From: Clostridia bacterium
Lineage (GTDB): Bacteria; Bacillota; Clostridia; UBA1381; UBA9506
Length of the DNA stretch: 64,000 nt
Direction of reading: 5' to 3'
Assembly: GCA_045578185.1 (NCBI GenBank)
Contig: JAZNJS010000051.1
Location: forward strand, 10,697 to 74,696
Part shown: positions 30,662-37,927 of the stretch, in pieces
Layout of the letters: every line of letters begins with the position of its first letter
Numbering within the stretch: position 1 is the stretch's first letter
Program-made: the position numbers and the translations under genes
The notes under the pieces: model-generated
Told to the model about the DNA's origin: nothing
Database searches by the model: none
What the model saw: only the letters and a program-made list of their open reading frames with translations

Positions 30662-31369
30662 TCAGTTTGAAACTACTGTGCCTATCTTTTCGCCCTCGAG
30701 CACGCGGATAATATTTTCCGGGTCATCAAGACCAAATACCAAAATTGGAATATTGTTGTCCATACACAGTGATGTTGCTGTTGAATCCATAACTCCGAGG
30801 CCTTTGTTTAAAACCTCAATATACTTAAGTTCATCAAACTTCTTAGCATCGGGATTAAGGTTCGGGTCAGAGTCGTAAACTCCGTCAACCTTTTTAGCAA
30901 GCAGGATTGCCTCTGCCTCAATCTCTGCCGCACGAAGTGCAGCTGCTGTATCGGTTGAGAAGAATGGGTTACCAGTTCCGCAGCCAAAAATAACTACTCT
31001 TCCCTTTGCAAGATGACTTGCAGCCTTACCTCTTATATACGGCTCTGCAATCTGACGCATTTCAATCGCTGTTTGAACGCGAGTGTTAACACCCGCTGCC
31101 TCAAGCGCACTCTGCAAAGCCAAAGAATTAATTACTGTTGCCAGCATACCCATATGGTCTGCACGGGTTCTGTCCATATCTTTTCCTGTTCTTCCGCGCC
31201 AGAAATTACCACCGCCTACTACAACAGCAATCTCTACACCCATTTCACTCGCACGCTTGATTACGCGCGAAATATCAGCCAGCGTCTCTTCATCAAGACC
31301 AAAGCCTCGCGGACCGGCGAGCGCCTCACCGCTTAATTTAAGGAGAATTCTTTTAAATTTAGGTGTCAT
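30662..31369 (-). CDS. pyrH: UMP kinase
   Basis: [20 protein letters not shown] and MD.TA motifs. AGGAGG RBS. Confidence 0.96.
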   Translation of the reverse strand: MTPKFKRILLKLSGEALAGPRGFGLDEETLADISRVIKRASEMGVEIAVVVGGGNFWRGRTGKDMDRTRADHMGMLATVINSLALQSALEAAGVNTRVQTAIEMRQIAEPYIRGKAASHLAKGRVVIFGCGTGNPFFSTDTAAALRAAEIEAEAILLAKKVDGVYDSDPNLNPDAKKFDELKYIEVLNKGLGVMDSTATSLCMDNNIPILVFGLDDPENIIRVLEGEKIGTVVSN

Positions 31370-31423
31370 GATAGCCTCCTAATACATCGTATGAATTTAT
31401 TCTTACTGAAATTCCTGCCTAAT

Positions 31424-31452
31424 ATTATATAATTTTTTTCGCAAAGTTTCAA
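31424..31452 (-). promoter_or_regulatory. Sigma-A type promoter for pyrH-frr
   Basis: On the minus strand, TTGAAA (31447-31452), a 17-nt spacer, then TATAAT (31424-31429). Confidence 0.65.
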
Positions 31453-31696
31453 GCCTTAGACCCATTATTTTATAATTTATTTGCCTTATTTTACATATTA
31501 AAATTTTGCTTTTAGTTGACATAACAACAAAAATAATCTTTTTGCCTGTCTACTTATCAACAGGGTTGTTAACAGTTTTTTCACTTTATTTGGCTCTATA
31601 ACTGCATTTTCATCTCAAAAATATGTAGTTTTTAACAGGTATATTGTTAGCAACATTGGTTTACATAACAACATTTTGGCATCTCTATGTATTTCC

Positions 31697-32539
31697 TTAC
31701 AATACAACCGTCTTATGGCGTGTAACGTGGCAGTTGATATTAACCGCACAAGGAAGACCTGCAATATGTGTCGCAAACGTCTCAACATTGACCGCAAGCG
31801 CTGTTGTCTTTCCGCCAAAGCCCTGGGGACCGATGCCCAGCTCATTTATTTTAGTCAAAAGTTCCTGCTCAAATTCAGAGTAAAACGGGTCAGGATTTCT
31901 TTCGTCTAAACTGCGCGTTAGCGCTTTTTTGGCAAGACACGCACATTTATCCATCGTTCCGCCTATGCCCACGCCGACAACAATCGGCGGGCAAGGGTTT
32001 GAGCCTGCACTCGTCACGGTATCAATTACAAACTGCTTTACGCCCTCTATACCATCAGATGGTTTTAGCATCTTAAGTGCACTCATATTTTCACTACCAA
32101 ACCCTTTTGGAGCAAATGTTATTTCAAGCTTATCGCCCTCGACAATATCATAATGTATAACTGCCGGAGTGTTGTCTCCGCTGTTTTTTCTTCTGATAGG
32201 GTCGGTCAGCACGGATTTTCGGAGGTATCCGTCTGCATATCCCAAGCTTACTCCCTTATTAATCGCATCGGTTAAAAGCCCGCCTTTGATTTTTACCTTT
32301 TGTCCAATCTTGACAAAAAACACCGCCATGCCTGTATCCTGGCAAACGGGAATTTCTTCTTCTTTTGCTATATCTGCATTTTTAATGAGGTCATCAAGAA
32401 TTTCCTTGCCTATTGCTGATTCTTCGGCAGCTTTTGCCTTAACAATTGCCCTGCGCACATCATCACAGAGGAAATAGTTCGCCTCCATACACATTTGTCG
32501 TACGGCTTCTGTAATTTTTTTAGTATGAATTGTTCTCAT
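31697..32539 (-). CDS. Fe-S hydro-lyase alpha subunit (class I fumarate hydratase / tartrate dehydratase alpha type)
   Basis: 280 aa with a CQDTG motif and GGTM..C and GPQG.GG segments typical of the alpha-type catalytic domain. No beta subunit is adjacent. Confidence 0.8.
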   Translation of the reverse strand: MRTIHTKKITEAVRQMCMEANYFLCDDVRRAIVKAKAAEESAIGKEILDDLIKNADIAKEEEIPVCQDTGMAVFFVKIGQKVKIKGGLLTDAINKGVSLGYADGYLRKSVLTDPIRRKNSGDNTPAVIHYDIVEGDKLEITFAPKGFGSENMSALKMLKPSDGIEGVKQFVIDTVTSAGSNPCPPIVVGVGIGGTMDKCACLAKKALTRSLDERNPDPFYSEFEQELLTKINELGIGPQGFGGKTTALAVNVETFATHIAGLPCAVNINCHVTRHKTVVL

Positions 32540-33030
32540 AACGGATTTTGCTCCTTTTTATCCGAGTTCTTTTTAAATACCCATAGCCTATTTCCCAAGA
32601 AATTAACAATCAACGAAAAAGGCATAGATATAAGCTTGCAAAACATTACCGAGGCGTCTCCCGATAATCTGTATGAAATATTTGTCAGAGATAAAAGATA
32701 ATTCACCGCGCGCTCTGCGTGCAAAAAGTCATAAAACAGATGCAGACAAAGTATTGTAACGCTCATCGCGACAAAGTTTACAACCACAAACTTTATTATC
32801 TCATCCGCTCTTATCGTTCCTTTTCTGCCAAAGGTCCAGTAGCGGTTAAAAACATAACTGTTTGTCATCGCAATAGCCGTTGCAAAAACCTGTGCCATCG
32901 TTTTATTAATATTTAAAATACTAAAAAACAGGAAAAACAAAACATAGTCTAAAACAGTATTAAATGCACCTATCGAGCAAAATTTAACTATTTCAATCAG
33001 GTTCTTTTTCCTGATATTTGCTTCAATCAT
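32536..33030 (-). CDS. GtrA-family membrane protein
   Basis: 164 aa with 4 TM segments. F..IG..NT..D...F N-terminal motif and a C-terminal N....WVF motif. Confidence 0.8.
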   Translation of the reverse strand: MIEANIRKKNLIEIVKFCSIGAFNTVLDYVLFFLFFSILNINKTMAQVFATAIAMTNSYVFNRYWTFGRKGTIRADEIIKFVVVNFVAMSVTILCLHLFYDFLHAERAVNYLLSLTNISYRLSGDASVMFCKLISMPFSLIVNFLGNRLWVFKKNSDKKEQNPL

Positions 33031-33970
33031 TTTTATTCACCCTCTGAAAACCGATTTTTTCTCTGATGATATAAAGCGGTCGGTTTTTAACCTCATCATA
33101 AATTCTGCCGATATATTCGCCGATAATTCCGAGCATCATAAGCGTCACGCCGTTAAATATGAGCGAAACAGCAAGAGTAGATGCCCAGCCTGCAACAGCG
33201 GCATCGGTAAACAGACGAAGATAAAGTACAATCAAAAGATATAAAAAGCTAGCAAACGCAACCATAAAACCGATATATATTGAAAGTTTAAGCGGCTTAT
33301 ATGAAAACGTTGTGATGGCATCCATCGCAAACTTCAGCATCTTTTTAAGCGGATACTTCGTCTCGCCCGCAAAACGCTCTTCTCTTACATAAGTAACCGC
33401 AGTCTGACGGAAACCAACCCAACTCACGAGACCTCTTACGTAACGGTTCTTCTCCGTAAGAGACGACATGACATCGCAAACCTTTCGGTCAATAAGACGA
33501 AAATCGCCCGTGTCAACAGGAATATCCACACTCGTCATACTACGCAAAAATCTGTAAAACATCTTCGCTGTCAGCTTTTTAAATACAGTCTCACCCTTTC
33601 GTTTTGCACGCCGGCCGTAGACTACGTCATAGCCCTCTTTCCACCTTTCAATCATCTGCAAAATTACTTCGGGCGGGTCCTGAAGGTCAGCATCAATAAC
33701 AACGATTGCCTGACCCGACGAATTGTCCATTCCTGCTGTAATCGCAGTCTGATGACCGAAATTTCTCGAGAAATTGATAAGGCGCACATTCGGGTCCTCT
33801 GAGCATATCTCAGTTATAATTTCTTCCGTTTTATCTCGGCTGCCGTCGTTTACGAATATTAGCTCATACGCCTCGCCGGTACTGTCCATAACGTTTTTAA
33901 GGCGCTTATAGCTCTCACGGGCAACCTCCTCTTCGTTATATACGGGCACCACAACAGAATAACGAATCAT
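33023..33970 (-). CDS. Family 2 glycosyltransferase, polyprenol-phosphate sugar transferase (GtrB/CsbB-like)
   Basis: SVVVPVYNEE, DGS.D.T and VIDADLQDPPE motifs plus two C-terminal TM helices. It overlaps the gtrA-like gene by 8 nt. Confidence 0.85.
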   Translation of the reverse strand: MIRYSVVVPVYNEEEVARESYKRLKNVMDSTGEAYELIFVNDGSRDKTEEIITEICSEDPNVRLINFSRNFGHQTAITAGMDNSSGQAIVVIDADLQDPPEVILQMIERWKEGYDVVYGRRAKRKGETVFKKLTAKMFYRFLRSMTSVDIPVDTGDFRLIDRKVCDVMSSLTEKNRYVRGLVSWVGFRQTAVTYVREERFAGETKYPLKKMLKFAMDAITTFSYKPLKLSIYIGFMVAFASFLYLLIVLYLRLFTDAAVAGWASTLAVSLIFNGVTLMMLGIIGEYIGRIYDEVKNRPLYIIREKIGFQRVNKND

Positions 33971-34036
33971 CCTTTTTCCCTCCGATATCTTTCGTAATTA
34001 TCGCACAATGTATTTCTACCGCAATTTTTCCGTTTT

Positions 34037-34555
34037 TTAAACATATTTATACACTTCTTTGTAGAGCACATTTCTTATGTTTTGAAATTCGTTCTCGTCC
34101 ACCTTGCCGCCGTGCGTCATAATCATAAGCGGCACGATATTTTTCCCCTTGGAAATCGGTGGCTGAAAATATTCATAATCATTTAAATAAAATCCGTTAC
34201 GCTCATAAAAGGAAATACGCCTAATTTGTATCTTACTTTTCGGCGGCTCTACCTCAAGGCAGGCTCTTTTATCTGTCATATGAGTCAATTCATTTAATAT
34301 TTTAGCCCCCAGTCCCCCGTTTCGATTTTCGGGACTTACGGCGAAATGCTCTATAAAAACAAAATCATCAAATTCCCACACCGCTATAAAACCCTCTATA
34401 TGAGCATCAGATTCATATTCGGCGTACACACAATATCTCGCCTTATCAAAAAGCTCCTTTTGCTCATTATACGGTCTTATTTCATCACTTGGAAAACTCT
34501 TTTCCATAATATCATAAACCAAATCAAAGTCATTTTTCTCCACTTTTTTAATCAT
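34037..34555 (-). CDS. GNAT family N-acetyltransferase (172 aa)
   Basis: Acetyl-CoA motif A: IEHFAVSPENRNGGLGAKIL (R-x-x-G-x-G/A). ATG at 34555 follows AAGGAA. Same strand as the retron RT, 98 nt downstream of it. Confidence 0.8.
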   Translation of the reverse strand: MIKKVEKNDFDLVYDIMEKSFPSDEIRPYNEQKELFDKARYCVYAEYESDAHIEGFIAVWEFDDFVFIEHFAVSPENRNGGLGAKILNELTHMTDKRACLEVEPPKSKIQIRRISFYERNGFYLNDYEYFQPPISKGKNIVPLMIMTHGGKVDENEFQNIRNVLYKEVYKYV

Positions 34556-34653
34556 AAAATTTCCTTCTTTTGAGAAATTCAATAAAAGTTATCCTATAGG
34601 GAAGGGATAGATGCAATATTTTAAATACGTCATTATACAAAAACACAATGCTA

Positions 34654-35574
34654 TTAAATACGTTTAATTTTTTCCATTAACCATTTTTTATAACCTATCA
34701 TTTCGGCGTTGGTGGCATCTACCGATAAAACATAATTCACCTTACCAAGTAGTTTCATTAAATAATCCTTCTCGCTTACATCAAGTTGTTTTCTTTGCAA
34801 ATGCGAAACTACACCAAACTTCATGCAGTAATACATTTCCTGTCTTATTTTCTTTCTGTATAACAAAGGTGTATTTATTTTTTCATTTACTATAATTCCT
34901 GTAACAATTTGTTTTTGTCCTTTGCGAGCAACGACAGTTTTATTATCATTAAGATAAAAACCCATTTTTTTAAGTTCTTTTTTTACAAAAGAAATAACTT
35001 CTATATAATTAAAATCCCCGGAAAAGGTCATATCGTCACAATATCTGGTATATCTTATCCCTTTTTCTTTGCACCATTCCCCAACGGCATTATCAAAATC
35101 TTTCATAATAATATTAGAAATAATTGGCGATGTGGGCGCTCCTTGAGGTAATGCATTGTTATATATACAAAGTAATGACAACAAAATACGATTACTTTCA
35201 GAGTATTTTTCTTTAACAAAAATCTTTTCTTTAACCATAGGATAAATTATATGGTCAAAGAAATGTCGGATATCCAATTTCAGCATAGTATTTTTTTTAA
35301 GATGTGGATATGCATTCTTAACCGTTGAAGCACCATATCTATATGCAGTAGCATAAGATGAAACTTCTTCATATACAAGAAGCTTTTCAACTATTCTTTT
35401 TTGTATTGTTTTTAAAAATTCATCTGGAACAGAAAGTTCTCTGTATTCTCCATTTTTCTTTGGAATTTTTGTTTGATAATAGTGTGAAGATACGTGATTG
35501 CTAAGTGAATATAATGCTTTTGCTGAAACACCAAGGTCATTCGTCAAAGAGGAAAGTTCCTTATATACAATCAT
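34654..35574 (-). CDS. Retron-type reverse transcriptase (306 aa, no fused extra domain)
   Basis: Ordered motifs are IPKKNGEYRELSVP, the retron-specific NAxxH (KNAYPH), LDIRHFFDHI, LPQGAPTSPIISN, the YxDD box (YTRYCDDMTFS), GFYLNDNKT and the retron-specific VTG (QIVTGIIVN). AAAGGAGGG RBS. An msr/msd-like ncRNA lies directly upstream. Confidence 0.9.
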   Translation of the reverse strand: MIVYKELSSLTNDLGVSAKALYSLSNHVSSHYYQTKIPKKNGEYRELSVPDEFLKTIQKRIVEKLLVYEEVSSYATAYRYGASTVKNAYPHLKKNTMLKLDIRHFFDHIIYPMVKEKIFVKEKYSESNRILLSLLCIYNNALPQGAPTSPIISNIIMKDFDNAVGEWCKEKGIRYTRYCDDMTFSGDFNYIEVISFVKKELKKMGFYLNDNKTVVARKGQKQIVTGIIVNEKINTPLLYRKKIRQEMYYCMKFGVVSHLQRKQLDVSEKDYLMKLLGKVNYVLSVDATNAEMIGYKKWLMEKIKRI

Positions 35575-35602
35575 TATTAAACTTCCCTCCTTTCAGAATA
35601 TC

Positions 35603-35778
35603 GTGGAACAAAACAATGTGAATTACGATGTTGTGTAGCTGTATATAAGCCCATGAAGTGGGCCTTTCAATACAGCGGAATCAACTTCGTTTGAACAAAG
35701 TGAATACTTATAAATGTTACTTCCCGACAACGACTCGTTGTTGGTGTCAAAGTATATTGACTTGCGCTTATGTTCCAC
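35603..35778 (-). ncRNA. Retron msr/msd non-coding RNA (about 176 nt)
   Basis: On the minus strand, a1 GTGGAACA (35771-35778) and a2 TGTTCCAC (35603-35610) are perfect inverted repeats. a1 is followed by UAAGCG, a candidate branching G. Next come stem-loop 1 (35746-35761, 5 bp), stem-loop 2 (35724-35744, 8 bp) and a 64-nt imperfect long hairpin (35626-35689; helices of 3+4+7+5 bp). a2 ends 28 nt before the RT ATG. Confidence 0.8.
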
Positions 35779-35785
35779 TAATTTT

Positions 35786-35791
35786 ATTATA
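35786..35791 (-). promoter_or_regulatory. -10 box (TATAAT) for the retron transcript
   Basis: TATAAT on the minus strand lies 7 nt upstream of the first base of a1. No good -35 was seen. Confidence 0.55.
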
Positions 35792-35935
35792 GCGAAATCA
35801 CTATCCAATAAAAAGGACGATGAAACAATATACGACCTTACACAAATACTACCATCAATTTTTCGTCAAATTTAGATATCCATTATAAAATTAGTGCACA
35901 TTTTAGATGCCACAAAATCATTTTACGACGCCGTC

Positions 35936-36016
35936 AATTGATGCAGCGGTTAAAGACCGCAAAAAGTCATTAGACTTTTAGGAATTTTGTATAACAAAAT
36001 TCCGTATGCATCAATT
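35936..36016. other. Compact four-way-junction element (closing stem plus three hairpins); function unknown
   Basis: aattgatgca (35936-45) pairs with tgcatcaatt (36007-16). Inside are gcggt/accgc (35946-60), aaaagtc/gactttt (35962-79) and ggaattttg/caaaattcc (35981-36003). All stems are perfect and linkers are 0-3 nt. Confidence 0.6.
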
Positions 36017-36060
36017 ATACCACACTCTCCCACCTAATTCAATATTATTACAAATTTACC

Positions 36061-36146
36061 TGTCGTTGCTCACTGTAATTTGTCGAAACATTTTCACCAT
36101 TCGACACGCCAAACCGACAAGTTTTTAGCCACCTGCGCGTTATAAT
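36061..36146 (+). promoter_or_regulatory. spoIIG-type promoter region with Spo0A boxes
   Basis: Perfect 0A boxes are TGTCGAA at 36081-36087 (+) and at 36100-36106 (-, ttcgaca). Imperfect boxes lie at 36061-36067 (TGTCGTT) and 36113-36119 (-, TGTCGGT). TATAAT at 36141-36146 is about 35 nt before the spoIIGA ATG. Confidence 0.7.
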
Positions 36147-36180
36147 ATTTAACAGAAACACACGATAAAGGAGCTAAAAA

Positions 36181-37173
36181 ATGCAGATAAAAGTCTATGT
36201 AGACATACTTTTTTTAATTAATTTTATCTCTGACTTTTTTCTGCTTTCTCTTACCGCCGTACTTTTAAGGCTTGCGCCGAAAATAATGAGAGCAATTTTT
36301 GCAGCAAGTCTCGGTGCCATATACTCCGTAGTGGCATTTTTTATTTATTTGCCGCTTATGTATTCATTCATGGCAAAAGCTCTCGTGAGCTGTTTTATGG
36401 TTGCAATCACATTTGGCGCAAAAAATCTGCGCTCGTTTATAAAACGCATTTGCGTATTTTATCTTGTAACTATTGCCTTTGCGGGTGCGCTGTACGCTCT
36501 TTTGTTTTCGACAAGCATCGGCAGCAAATTAGGCACTGTCATTTCAGGAACAAGTCTATATCTAAACCTTCCGTCTTATTTTCTTATGATGGCCGCGGCG
36601 CTTATTTATTTTTTGTTTTCCTGCGCCTTTCGTGCTATAGAAAAAAGCGCAGATAAAGGAAGATTTTTAAAATATGTTCAGGTAACTTATGGCGAAAAAA
36701 GTATTATGCTTCCTGCTCTTTATGACACAGGGAATTTTCTCACTGACCCAAGAGAAAAACAAGGTGTAATTATAGGAGAATTCCGAGCTTTAGCACCTCT
36801 CTTTAATGATGCAGCAAATATTGAGTCTGCTGCCCTGCTCTATGGTTTTTCACAAATAATATGCAGGGGCATCTCAGGCGAGCAAATGCTTTATTCATTT
36901 TACGCCCGGGTAGGATACCCAAAAAACAATGAAACAAAAAGGCTTTTTGCCTTAACTGATAAACCTCTCGACCGCGAGGGGCGTTATTATTTGATACTAC
37001 CTAATGACTTTAAGGGAGAGAACTTAAATGATGGCACATTTATTAAAAGATTTTCTAATTCTTGCAAAGCTAAAATATTCCTTGCTAAAAAACTGGCTCA
37101 CAGAGCCGGACATCCCCACAGAAAGCTATTACATAAGCTCGGGGGAGGCGCTTCCCGCTCCGCTAAGCGCTGA
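36181..37173 (+). CDS. spoIIGA: Sigma-E processing aspartic peptidase SpoIIGA
   Basis: N-terminus [16 protein letters not shown] is typical of SpoIIGA, with about 5 TM segments and a central ALYDTGN (DSGN-like) catalytic motif. The ORF runs 146 nt into sigE. Confidence 0.85.
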   Translation: MQIKVYVDILFLINFISDFFLLSLTAVLLRLAPKIMRAIFAASLGAIYSVVAFFIYLPLMYSFMAKALVSCFMVAITFGAKNLRSFIKRICVFYLVTIAFAGALYALLFSTSIGSKLGTVISGTSLYLNLPSYFLMMAAALIYFLFSCAFRAIEKSADKGRFLKYVQVTYGEKSIMLPALYDTGNFLTDPREKQGVIIGEFRALAPLFNDAANIESAALLYGFSQIICRGISGEQMLYSFYARVGYPKNNETKRLFALTDKPLDREGRYYLILPNDFKGENLNDGTFIKRFSNSCKAKIFLAKKLAHRAGHPHRKLLHKLGGGASRSAKR

Positions 37174-37771
37174 AGAAGAGATATATTTTCTGTCTCAACT
37201 TGCGCCCGATAATATAGAAGTCAAGCGTGTTTTGGTTGAACGAAACCTAAGGCTTGTTGTGTATGTTGCAAGAAAGTTTGAAAATACCGGTATTTGCATT
37301 GAAGATTTAATATCAATTGGCTCAATCGGTCTTATTAAGGCAATTAACTCATTTGACACATCCAAAAACATAAAACTTGCTACCTATGCCTCCAGGTGCA
37401 TCGAAAATGAAATTTTGATGTTTTTGAGGAAAAATCACAATATAAAAAGCGAGGTTTCCATTGACGAGCCGCTTAACACCGACTGGGACGGGAACGAGCT
37501 CCTGCTTTCCGATGTTTTAGGGACTGAATCTGACGAAGTTTCCAAACATTTAGAGGACGAAGTGGACAAAGAGCTGTTATCTCTTGCAATTAAAAAACTT
37601 TCTAATCGCGAGCGCGCAATTATGGAGCTCAGATTTGGCCTTGGTGGCAGGGTTGAAAAAACACAAAAAGAAGTTGCCGAGCTACTCGGTATTTCGCAAT
37701 CTTACATATCAAGGCTTGAAAAACGTATAATTGCACGCCTGAAGAAAGAGATTGCTAAGATGGTACAGTAA
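37028..37771 (+). CDS. sigE: Sporulation sigma factor SigE (pro-sigma-E)
   Basis: Pro-sequence then [18 protein letters not shown]..., region 2 ([12 protein letters not shown]), and region 4 ([11 protein letters not shown]). It lies directly after spoIIGA. Confidence 0.93.
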   Translation: MMAHLLKDFLILAKLKYSLLKNWLTEPDIPTESYYISSGEALPAPLSAEEEIYFLSQLAPDNIEVKRVLVERNLRLVVYVARKFENTGICIEDLISIGSIGLIKAINSFDTSKNIKLATYASRCIENEILMFLRKNHNIKSEVSIDEPLNTDWDGNELLLSDVLGTESDEVSKHLEDEVDKELLSLAIKKLSNRERAIMELRFGLGGRVEKTQKEVAELLGISQSYISRLEKRIIARLKKEIAKMVQ

Positions 37772-37782
37772 AATAATAAAAA

Positions 37783-37820
37783 AGAGGATGTAAAAAAATA
37801 TTTTTTACATTCTCTTTTTT
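37783..37820. terminator. Bidirectional terminator after sigE
   Basis: agaggatgtaaaaaa-ata-ttttttacattctct (one G-U), flanked by A6 and T6. Confidence 0.85.
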
Positions 37821-37927
37821 AAAGGGGGTTTCCGACTTGGGGGAAGTCGGTTTCAATGTATTTTGTGAGGTCAATACTATGATGGCCCCAAATTCAAATC
37901 TTTATACATTAATTTAAAAATTTTATT

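Noticed and set aside
32536-33970. The gtrA/gtrB-like pair considered as a prophage serotype-conversion module or as retron effectors
   Set aside because: There are no phage, integrase or gtrC-type genes nearby. The composition resembles the host flanks. The pair is separated from the RT by the GNAT and a 66-nt gap. It is more consistent with host wall-polymer glycosylation.
35623-35808. 61-aa ORF on the RT strand between the RT and the upstream gap; considered as a possible small retron effector
   Set aside because: It lies exactly over the msr/msd structure and its -10 box and has no RBS. Its reading frame is made of hairpin arms, so it is almost certainly non-coding.
35936-36016. The cloverleaf-like element considered as a tRNA or tRNA remnant (a typical island integration site)
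   Set aside because: The arms are 10, 5, 7 and 9 bp with loops of 5, 4 and 5 nt. There is no 7-nt anticodon loop, no T-loop GTTC motif and no D-loop. It does not fit tRNA geometry on either strand.
37836-37854. Hairpin ccgactt-ggggg-aagtcgg just after the sigE terminator; considered as a possible sRNA or second terminator
   Set aside because: It is a 7-bp stem with only a weak TTTC tail and no promoter. There is too little evidence to call a feature.
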